Assembly: GCF_011386835.1 (NCBI RefSeq)
Contig: NC_088795.1
Location: forward strand, 14,508,001-14,572,000
Length of the DNA: 64,000 nucleotides
Origin: Chrysemys picta bellii
Taxonomy: Eukaryota
Reading direction: 5' to 3'
In this document: positions 20,826 to 32,214 of the stretch, in pieces
Layout: every line of letters starts with the position of its first letter
Numbering within the stretch: the first letter of the stretch is position 1
The notes under the pieces: model-generated
Databases searched by the model: none
Told to the model about the DNA's origin: nothing
What the model saw: the letters and a program-made list of their open reading frames with translations, nothing else
Position numbers and translations under genes: made by a program

Positions 20826-22047
20826 AGGAGAAGAGCTAAAGATCACTTCAACAGAGTAATGAGATTTTAGGATTTCAGTGCTATAGGCTCCCTCTTTGAG
20901 CCACACGGACGGGTTATTATATTATTATAATCATAACTACGAGAAAAAAAATAATATTCTCAGGTAACACATACTAAGAATTCCAAGTTATTTTTTCTAT
21001 CAGGTTTGAAATTAATGTAATTAATATTAATTTCTATAATATCACATATGATTGTTGTTCTAGGGTACGTGAAACATTTGTCTGTAGGCTTTATAAATAA
21101 AATTGAAGAAATCTTATAATCTAAAGCTAACCACACTCTGTGTTTAACTGATGTATAAACATTTATAGATTAAATGCATCTGAAATATAACAAATGGCTA
21201 ATATAATATTCACAACATTCCTTGTGTTAGACTTCCTCTTTTAAAGATAAACCAATTAAAGTGAATAAAAGACACTGAAAACTGTAACAGTTGCTTTGGA
21301 GTTTGTACTATGTAATCATTCATCAGCTGAAATTTCATTCATAGTGCTAGATATATTTACAGTTGACTAACTCCATCAGCGAATTAATGCTATTATCCTA
21401 CCATATTAATTGATAAAAATACACATAAAGAAAGCTCAATGTTTGTAAACCAATATCCAACCAATTGCACTTTCTCAAGTCTTCCTCCTACACCTCTAAC
21501 ACCAGAGCTGCACCCCATCCCCACTCATCTACTTACCTTTCCCTGTCACCCCAAAGAAAATGCTGGAAGAATAGATAAGCATTGCAGCTTCACCTGAAGG
21601 TCAACACATTTGGTCTTTGGCAAAGTGGGGCGGGAAAGCCAGTGCCACACTGGAGGGCACCTCCCTGAAGAGGCTCTGGGCCTGATTCCCGTTTACACTG
21701 TGGCTCTTTGCCTTGGTGTGCAGCGCAAAGGGGCTGAGACGTGCGTCCCTGGTCTGTGACAGAAAGGAGCTGGTCCCAGAAGAGCAGCACAGGGGCCCCA
21801 ATCCTCCAGAGTATCTAGGTACCTAATTCCTACTGATTTCAGCAGGAACTAGGTGTCCAACACCTTAGGGGAACTGGGCCTGCCGGTCCCAGCTGGAATC
21901 CCCCCTCCGCTGGCCAGGGACAGCTCTTTCCCTAATACAACAAATTGCTATTAACCGGGGACACTTTAATGAAGCATTTGGCACCTATCACCGTGCTTGC
22001 CCCAAGGAGCCCCATCTCTAGTGCTGGCCTTGCTGCCCAGCACCCTC

Positions 22048-22263
22048 CTGGGCCCCTGCGCTCTCTGCCTGTAGGGGGCGCAGGCGGCTCCCAGCAGGCC
22101 AGACTCCGAACAACGCACGTGCGGTCGCTTGTGTAATAAGTTTGTCCCTCTGCGGCTCCCTTAGCTTTGGAAGCCAAGATGGCAGCGTCCAGTGGTCGCC
22201 CACGTGGTTGTTCCGGGAGGGGCAAAGCCACTCGTAGGCGGTAGCGTCCCGGCTTCGGCAGCC
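22048..22263 (+). promoter_or_regulatory. SDAD1 CpG-rich promoter / 5' region
   Basis: CpG-rich. E-boxes CACGTG at 22116-22121 and 22201-22206. YY1-like CAAGATGGC at 22175-22183. Confidence 0.65.
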
Positions 22264-25200
22264 ATGTCTGGCCGCAACAACAACAAGCTGCCCAGTAACC
22301 TGCCCCAGCTGCAGAACCTGATCAAGCGGGACCCGCCGGCTTATACCGAGGAGGTGAGAGAGCGGGACCTCCGCCGCCGGGAAACCCTCTTTCCCTTGGG
22401 AGGTCCGGAGGGCAGTGACACCACGTGTTGTGCCCTGCGGGTGCCAGAGAGGGACAAGGCGGGGGAGTTAATATCTCTTAATGGACCAGCTTCTGCTGGT
22501 GGAAGGTGCCGACCGGCTGGCCAGCTTCACAGAGCTCCTCTTCAGGTCTGGGGAAGGTAATCAGAGTCACCCCCATTCAGTGTCACTTCCACAGCGCAAT
22601 CCCCTGCCCCCAAAGGGCTCTATGGCCTTGCTCGCAAAGGGCGTGTGTACCTGGCGATAACTAGTTGGACGATGATGGGAGTGAAATCCTAGTGGTGACG
22701 AGGCACTGAGCTTCTCAGCTCGGCTGGCTACATGGAGGTGTCTTGTCTGCGCTGCCTGGAGTTAGATGTTTTGATGTAAAAACGCCCCTTTCCCCCGTTA
22801 AGATATAGTTGCCTTCACCAGAGATGGTGGCATATAAGGCAACACGCCTCCTCATTCATTTTCTCACATGGAGCTGGACTCCTTGAACTCAATGTGACTT
22901 TACATGCTTCAGATTAGGCATGTGCTAAAGCATCAAACTGAACCTGGGCCTTGGCTCTGGCTAGACACCTTTTTTGCCAGCAATTTAACTATTTTAGTTA
23001 GGGGTGATACTTTTACTGATAGAATTGTACTGGTATAAAGGTGCCTTATGCTGGTGTGGTTTATTTGTCTTCCTGAAGGGGACTAGCTATGCTATTATGA
23101 AGCACTGCTGTACTAGTATAACTGCATCCATACTGCCAAGTCTGTACTGGTATAGTTAATGTGGTACAACTTTTGTGTGTAGATCAGTGCCTAAGAGAGA
23201 CTTTAAAAGTTGACTTAGGGCTTGTGTACTCATGGAAGTATTAACGAACAGCTATTGCACCTTATTCAGAGTTGTGGTACAAGCATTGGCGAGCCCTTAA
23301 ACTGCCAACTTGCCATCATTTTAGCTTCTTAAAAAAGCTAGAAGTAACTTTATGCCAGTCCTGAATCCCCTTACCAGTTCTCGTAGTCCTACAATTGCCT
23401 ATTTCTTTTTAAAATAAAAACTCCCCTCTGGCTACTGAAAGTCCCACCCAAACATCTGAAACTGACCGACGATAGGGGAGACATCAAAACTGACAAGACG
23501 CTTAGGGTGAATCTACACTATCCTGCTACATCGGCGCGTTCGGTGAAGAAGCTCTACTCCGATAGGAGAGCGCCCTCCTGTCAGCATAATTACTCCACCT
23601 CCACAAGAGACGAAAGCTGTGTTGTCGTCAGGAGAGCGTCTCGTGCTGACTTAGCGCTGGTGTGGACAGCACTTAAGTCGATGTCATTTGTGTCGCTCAG
23701 GGGTGTGGCTTTTTCACATCCCTAAGTGACATAAGTTACATCGACTTAAGTGGTAGATAAGCTCTTAGTGTTGTCAGATGCACAAAGAGTAGAAACAGTA
23801 AATATATTTCTACTCTCTCATTCATTTCACACAGATCGGTGTTAAAGACGGTTAGCCCGCTGGCATATGCATGGTCCAAGATAGTGTCTATGCCAGTGGA
23901 ACAGTCATGTTGACCATTAGCTTTGGGGTGAGGGAACTGTTCTGTTTGATCCTTGATGTTAAACACAGCCATTCTCCCAATGTACGTATGGTCAATAGGT
24001 CTGGATACCTTCCTCGCTGTCCCATCTCCCCTGTGGTTAGAGGTTGAGTTGAAACCAGAATTTTAAACCTCAGGAGTTCTCCACACAGCGATGATAGTTT
24101 AAAGTGGCATTATGCAACACCCGTCTCCCTCCTGCCTGTAGGCAATGTGCATGCATTATACCTGCACCGCAGCTGTTTGTGCTTTACCGGCTTCTGATGC
24201 ATACTTTTCTGGACGGGGACTGTGCTCGGCTGCTCCCCAGTCCTGCAAAGACTTAAGCATGTGCTTGACTGCTCACAGTGCATCAAATCTTTGCAAGGTC
24301 AGGGCCCGGGGGTCCATGCAGTTTCTAGCACAACGGGAACCTAACTTTGATTGGTTCCTCTGTGCCCCATTGTAAATATTAATATCTCACCCTAATAAGA
24401 GACGTACTCCCATCTCAAGTGGATTAACTGTTAGTCACATCACTGAGACACTTGAGATGTATCATCAAAAGCTGCTTGGCTTGAATGTCACAGGGAAAAT
24501 GTAATTATATATTTAAAGGGACTCAGTGGCATTTCAGGGGGCATGGAGCAGTGTTCATGTCGCCCTCCCCTTCAGTACCCTGCCCAAGCTGGGGAAGCTA
24601 ATGATCCAACCAGCAGACCGTTGTCGATGATTAATCCTGGTCACGTGCCGCCTGAGGCACGTTGCGCATACACTAAAAAGAGTGCCGTTTCGAGGGGATT
24701 GTCTGACATGAATGGGTTTCTAAGGGCCTGATCCTGTACCACTGAAGTCACTGAGAGTTTTGCTGCAGTTTTCAGGTGGAGCAGAATGGGGGCCTTGGAT
24801 CTCTTGATATTGAGAAGCTATCTTATCCAGTAATGACAACTAAGAGTGAAATGCCATATTTGTGTGTCAGTTTCTCCAGCAGTATCGTCACTACCAGTCC
24901 AATGTGGAGATTTTCAAACTCCAGCCCGATAAGCCCAGTAAGGAGCTGGCTGAATTGGTGATCTTCTTGGCACAGGTAAAATTCTGTAATTCTAGGAAAA
25001 ACAAACACATAGAACTATTAAAGATGGCCTGCAAAACCTTTCCCCCCAATGAAATAATTGTAAGCTATATACAGATGCTCCATATAGCTAGGAGCAGGTG
25101 ATAAATAACGGATGAAAAGATTTTAATAATATATTTTTTTTAATTTCCGTTCTCCAGTGTTGCTTTCTGTGGATTACACTATAAAATGGTAAAAGTAAAA

Positions 25201-28200
25201 CATTTTAAAAACTGAACTGTTTGTTTAAAAAACAAACAATAACCCAGTTGAATACCATTTGACAGACTACATTGCTTCAGCAAAATTTGTAATAGGTGTG
25301 TTGTTTCAGAATGATTCTGGAACATCATAGTGATGCCAAATGGAACTTGTTACTCATAATTATCTTATTATTGGAATGAGTGTTGCAGATCACCTTTAAA
25401 TGCATCGAACATACAGATTTTACAGCACTCTTAATCCTTTAATAAAGAAGTGAGCTTTTATGTAGGTAGTTAATGATAGAAACTTCAGCATTCAAAGATA
25501 TACTGCACATCAACAAAATTTGAAAAAGTTAGTCGTCATTTAATGTATATTTTTTTAGGTTTTTTTTTTTTTATAGTATCAGATACTCTCAGGGAAATAT
25601 ACCATTGTTACACTGTTAGAGTTTATTATAGCGACTTCAATAAAGATTACTTTTTTAAACAGGTTGGGCACTGCTATCCAGAACATCTTGTTGATTTTCC
25701 ACAACAGCTGAAAGAACTGCTTTCTTACAACCACACCGTTTTGGATGCAGATCTTCGAATGGTAAGTCTGACATTTAAAGCACTGATGTTTATTGATAAG
25801 GTCTTTAAGAGGATTCTGTACAGAATTTTATTTTACAGTATAAGCAGGGGCTTACATTGTCCTAAGTGACTATTAATTTTGTGTGCCTCAGTTTTTCAGT
25901 GCCCAGCTTTCTGAATATCTGACTCCTTCAAGATGCCTCAAATTGGGTATCCAAAAATCAAGGCCAGAGTGGTCCTGTTGGTAGAGAAGTGGTACTCTGG
26001 TTTAGAGGACCATCACAAAGTTAGCAACTCGGGGCTCCAGTAGCACATCTTTTCCCAGATCCTTCAAAGACTAATACACGTGCTTAATGTACTGTCTTAA
26101 TGTACACAACTTAATGTCTTGTTGACTTCTCTGGAACTACTTGTTGTGTGTAAAAGTCTGAGCAGGATTTGGGCCTGACTTTTATTTTTGTAGATGAATA
26201 ATAAATGCTCTTGTCTCAGTCATTTTCAAATTGTGATTCTGGTCACTGCTTCTTTGTTGCAGACATTTTGCAAAGCTCTGATCTTATTAAGAAACAAGAA
26301 TCTCATAAACCCTACAAGTTTGCTGGAACTCTTCTTTGAACTCCTGCGCTGCCATGATAAACTTCTGCGAAAAGTAAGCTGCAAAATAAGAACTGGTTTT
26401 ATGTCCTTGGTGAGCCTCTTGTCGATGTTTTTCCCTCTCTGATGAGAAGGAAGCACAAGTAATTCAGCAGCACCAGACAGCCTCTTTGCTCTTCCCAGTA
26501 GCTGAATATATAACCCGATTGTAGTTCTGTTGATTCCACTAGTGAAGATTTTAGCGTATTTGGGCTTTTCGCAGTTTGATGTGATTGTGACCAAATATTC
26601 TAGAGATGGACACTTTGTTCAGTTCTCTGAGAGTCATTGCTCTCGTGAGCAGAGAGGTGGCTAGGGACATTTCCCCTCCCCCCCCCTCCTTTTTTTTTTT
26701 TTTACACTCTAGCCCTTTGTGCTGGAAAAATCCTTGCTGGATCATAGGGACAGGCAGTTCCATTGTATATGTGAGCGCCAAACTGTCCTTCGGGTGAATT
26801 GTAAATTTCTTGTTTGCAACTCCCCATCTCTCCTGCCGCCCCCCTCCCCCCTTCTGGAGAATGTCCGATTAAGCTGGTAATGACTCTTTAGCACTTTGCT
26901 GGCATGCTAGGGTGTCTTTGTCTCTGAGAAATTGGTTTGTGGTCGTTACCCAGAACTACAACATGTTTCAGTAACAATCATCATTTTACATGCAGTGTTG
27001 TTGCACACATTTCACCAGGATCATAATATTCAGCAGATTGAGTTTTCAAATGAGAGCTCACAAGGCATACTTTGTACAAAATATAACATCACCATATAAA
27101 AGTGGTGAACGTGGGCTAAAGCGCGTCATAGGTGTACTAGGAATAAACATAATTACATTGATTTAAAAATCAGCATATCTGATCTGTCTTGGAGACACTA
27201 TAGATAATTGTCTAGGCATAAGTTAGAATGTGTTCTACATCCCTACATGATACTAATTTCTGGAATAGAATTCAGGAGTTTATTCCTAAAGTTATGGGAT
27301 AGACACTCCTATTCACTGAGGACTTTTCTGTTGTAGGTACAGTACCCAAACAGGAACTCCTGAGTTCTTTAGGGAAACTTGTAAATGAAAAGCCCTGCTG
27401 GCCATAAACATATTTAAACGCCTTCTTTGTTGCAGAAAGATTTATCACTAACTGAAAATGGAATTGACTGGAATCAAACTTACGACAACAGTCAGTCAAA
27501 ACTTAGCTGAATTTGTAAAAGAAATTTCAGCAATACAAGAATTGTTTTTATTACAGCTATATTTGATGTGTTCAGTTCTCTATGATCCCCACTCTGCAAA
27601 GACTGTGGTCTTGTCTATATAAGGAAATTGTGCAGAATAGTATCAGAGGGGTAGCCATGTTAGTCTGGATCTGTAAAAAGCAACAGAGTCCTGTGGCACC
27701 TTTAAGACTAACAGATGTAGTGGAGCATAAGCTTTTGTCAGATGAAGTGGGTATTCACCCACGAAAGCTTATGCTCCACTACATCTGTTAGTCTTAAAGG
27801 TGCCACAGGACCCTCTGTTGCTTCATGCAGAATAGTTATTCCACATTAACTCCCCATGTGAACGCTCTTTTTCTCCTTTTGTGGTTTAACTTAGGGTTTG
27901 TCAAGACGAATAGTATGCAGCAAGCTAGGGTGTAAATCTACATTGCATTAGTGTGCTGACTGTGTGACCCCTGCTACCACACACGAAAAGTTCCCTAGTG
28001 CACATTGACCTGCTCTGCTTTGAAACAGGACTAGATAAAAGTGCACTCTGGAACTTGTAGGGTGTGGTAGCAGGGTCTGCAGTGATAGTGTGTGGCAGGC
28101 TGGTGCACTGTAAATTTATAACCCAACTTGCCACCCGCTCACTGTTCATCAAACCGTTATTTCACTTTGGAAGGGGATTAAGCTAAAGTGCAAAAAGTCA

Positions 28201-31200
28201 CTCAGTGCAGAATAGGAGTGGCCCACGGGGGATTAGTGCAGCATAGCTATTGTTCTTTAAAGTCGCACAGGATTGGGGCCAGTTACTTTTTTTTCCTCTC
28301 CCAACTGTGGCTTTGGAAAAAAACGTGTCTGCCATAGTGACTGGCGCTCTCCTTGCATGATAGTACGAATGGGCTTTAGGAAATGAACTTTGTCGGTTGC
28401 CGCGTGTAAATACTTCACTTTACTATACATGTCACTGTTTGTTTACAGACTTTATATACTCACATTGTGACAGACATCAAGAATATAAATGCTAAACACA
28501 AGAACAATAAAGTGAATACAGTAAGTATGCTGGCTTCCAGGTTTACTTTGACTGAATGCTTTTTATTATGAAAACTTTTTCAAACTCGCTCATCATTTTC
28601 CCAATTTCTTCTTCTTCTTTAGACACTGCAAAATTTCATGTATACTATGTTAAGAGACAGCAATCCTACTGCAGCCAAGATATCTCTGGATGTGATGATT
28701 GAACTATATAGAAGGAATATTTGGTGAGTTTGATTGCACGGAATTGGTTCTTGATTATTCTGGGGCAACCCAGGATGGATAAAAATCGATGATTTAAAAA
28801 AATATAGACTTTTTTATTTAAATTAAATGAAGGTTTATTTTTAAAAATAAACGTATTGGAATTTGACAACCTTTAAGGCCTAAATGTACTGTAATTTAAA
28901 AAAAATTTAAATTAAACACAAAAAAATAATATTAAGAAGTACATCTTTGCTGCCTAATTTTAAAGAAAGTCAGACCACTGCACTGGTGGAAGTCACTGGC
29001 TAAGCACCTAGAACCAGAGTTTGATGAAGAGCTAACCCAGCTTTTGACAGCAGTAACCTCTATTGCAGGTACTGAGAGACTATTTTCTTCTTTTCATTGT
29101 ATTCAGTTAGTTCAGGTCAATGACTACTTTATTCAAAGTTAAGAAACAAATTGGGAGTTGAAAAAGCAGAAAAGCTTGTGTTCCTCTTCCATTCTATGAA
29201 TAAAAATGAAGTGGGAGAAGATGAGATCTACTAGTTCTAAAATCTTGAAAGACATGGTGGCAATTAATTCAGTTCACTAAGTACAGATAATACTTTTTTA
29301 GTTTAATAAGTCAGTTAGTTTTAAATGCAAAACATGTTTTGATAAACTTTCTGATCAACTTTTTTCCTTTTGTATCCAGCATGTACAAGATAGCTTTAAC
29401 GAATGAAAAACATTTTAAAATGCTATTTTTGTGCATATAATTGCTTAAATAAATGTGTATAGAGGTGTAGTGCAGCTTCCTGGTTAGAAAAAAGAAGCAT
29501 CAAGTGTGGTGTAAAGGCTATATTTTTGTTGCAAATCAACATGTTTTAATGGTTCCCAACCAATAAGAATCCATCTTTCTTTCGGAAAATAACTAAAAAG
29601 TACAAATGCAAAACAGGTTTAAAATTGATGATTTAAATCGAGGTTTTCTGCTTGCTGATCTCAGTCATTAAAATCTGTGATTAAAATTGCTTTGATTTTA
29701 AATGGGTGCACCCTGGGGCAATCCATTTGTAGTGTGGTTGTACTGTGTTTTGTAGAACACAATCTAGAAGGGCAGAAATGACCGAGAGACTTTGCAGGAG
29801 AAGGTGCACAGGAACAATCTTAGACGTTTTCCTTTGAAGAACAATAAACAAGTATACCTGTACATATACATGCTTTCTTGAGCCTCTCTATTGATGCATT
29901 AAATCTTGAATATCGTTCTGCTGTATAGTAAGTCGTGAAGTCCAGCTGTGGCTGATGTCCAAGCCCTTGTGTACACTTGCGGCAGTGTGTATAGTGCATG
30001 TAGGCCCATGCAGTGGGGAAAGGCGCTGGCAGTGAGGAGGTAGCGGGACACTACACTGCTAAAAATATCAGTGTAGACCTGGGAGGCACCGCTTGGGTGT
30101 GTTGAGAGATGTGTAGGGTATTTCCCGAAGTTTCTGGCGCGTTTTGTACTCTACTTGCCTAAGCGGTGCCTCCCCAGCGACACTGCTATTTACATCCGTG
30201 CTAGCTGGGTGGGCCCTGGCTGTTTTCTACACGCTGCTGCAAGTGTAGGTGTACTTCAAGAGAAGAAATAGGATTTGCATGGCTAGTATTAGAAAAGAAG
30301 CCTGTACATTGATGCTACCTGCTTGGTGAATTCACGTTTTTAGGAGTGAGTTGGTTTTCTGAAGTAAAAGCAAGCGCTGTTTTGAATAAGCCGGGGGCTG
30401 GGTAAGCTCCAAGATGGCAATGTATTAGAAGAAGCACAGAACTTCGAGTATTAATGGAGACGCACAGATGTTTATTGAGTCCACTGCTGCCTGAGTTCTG
30501 GTGCTGCTGCTCTAGGCAGATGTTTCACCGTGAGGAATAGCAAGGGTGGATCTTCATTTGACTATTGTTTTAGGTTCTAATTATCCCTAAGTGTGTGTCG
30601 TCGTGGGGGAAAAAAGAGTTGTCACCTAACTTGTACCCCCCTTTTAACCTCTTGGTCCTGCCATGGAAATGAACGGTACAGATAAGAAATACTGCTCCTT
30701 TTAAGCATTTTCTGCCTCTTGGGGATCTCCCCAATATTCTGCAGGGGTGGTTTGCACGCCCTTCGTTCTTTATTCCAGGCAGCGTTCCTAGGGACTTCAG
30801 CAGGAGTTCAGCCCGACTGTGCAGCAGGACTGGCTTCTATAGAAAGGAGAGATAACAACTGGGGCATTAGGCGAGTTGGCAGAGCATGTTTGGGCTTCAG
30901 GAGCTTTGTTCACGTGTTGATCTTGGATATGCGATGAATCCGTTGGGCAGGCAGATAAGTCATGCACTGCCGCAATGGGTCTGCCAGTTCTAGAACAGCA
31001 GTGTAATAATGCCTCTGGTACAATGGAGGGGAAAGAAATATTGCAATAGAGTAAACACCGGGAACACTTGGAATATATAGATGACCATCTTACTTATAGA
31101 CGCATCGGCTTTAAGGCCAGAATGGACCATCATGATCATCTAGTCTGACATGGGCCACAGAACCTCACCCATCCACTCCTGTAATAGGCCCATGACCTCT

Positions 31201-32181
31201 GGCTGAATTACCGAAGTCTTCAAATCAGGATTTAAGACTTCAAGTTATAGAGAATCCACCATTTACTCCAGTTCAGCCCAGCAAGTGACCAGTGCCCCAT
31301 GCTTCAGAGGAAGGGGAAAAACATCCAGGGTCTTTGCCAATCTGACCTGGGAGAAAATTCCTTCCCGATGCCCCACATGGTGATCAGTTAGACCCTGAGC
31401 ATGTGGGCAAGACCCACCAGCCAGATACCTGGGAAAGAATTCTATGTAGTAACTCAGAGAGGGCCATGTAGTGCCCCATCTCCAGCAATTGGGGCTATTT
31501 CCTACCAGCAGTTGCAGATGGGCCATGTGCCATTGGAGGGAATGGTATGATGAGATTACCTGTATTATACCTTCCCCTTTTAAGGATAGGGCTTTTGCAG
31601 TATTGCTAAGTTGCTTTATAGGTATTCGAGACTCATCTCAAATTCAGTTCAGGACCTACAATATTTATAAACCTCTCTTACAGATTGTTTCAAACCTTTC
31701 CTGTAGCTTTTGTAATGAAAGCCAAATCTCTCTGCATTTATTTTAACAGGCAATTTCTTATCACTTGAAGTATCTTTTACTGTGGGGCCTGCTATTACTT
31801 TTATTGGTTCATCTTTGTTGTCAAAATGAAATTGTGTGTTCTTCTCAAGTGTGAACTTACCCAGAAGCATATATGCTTTATCTATCTCGACCTGATGATT
31901 TTTGTGTAGGAAAAATGACAACAAATGGCATGGAGAAACATCAGCTCTTGGTTTGCGTTTGAAATCACTGATGGTATGATGAAAGCAGCTAGTATTGTGG
32001 GATTTGTTTCCAGTGAATCTACTTTGCATTAAATCTACCATGATGTCTTGTTCTGCAAGATCATCAAACTTCTTGGTGAAGGTATATTAATGTTTTGCTT
32101 ATTCCAGGAATGATGCCAAAACAGTAAATGTTATCACAACAGCCTGCTTTTCCAAAGTCACAAAGGTGAGGTGGAAACCTA

Positions 32182-32214
<33 letters not shown>

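Larger units (their letters stand above)
1..22047 (+). repeat. Tandem segmental duplication array of three chemokine units (first is partial)
   Basis: Units are <1-5612, 5613-14269 and 14270-22047. Introns and flanks align at roughly 90% by eye. Each unit ends in ...CCCAGCACCCTC. Units 1 and 2 continue with AGCAGCACACAGATAC; unit 3 continues into the SDAD1 promoter. Confidence 0.92.

Noticed and set aside
5534-22136. ORF MKH(P/S/L)..ITVLAPRSPISSAGLA.QHP recurring at 5534, 14191 and about 21970
   Set aside because: Recurrence is explained by the segmental duplication. The frames diverge exactly at the duplication junction, and there is no recognizable domain or splice support.
22192-22560. 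122-aa ORF containing the SDAD1 N-terminus
   Set aside because: Starts at a GTG and reads through the exon 1 donor (22354) into the intron; the real CDS starts at ATG 22264.
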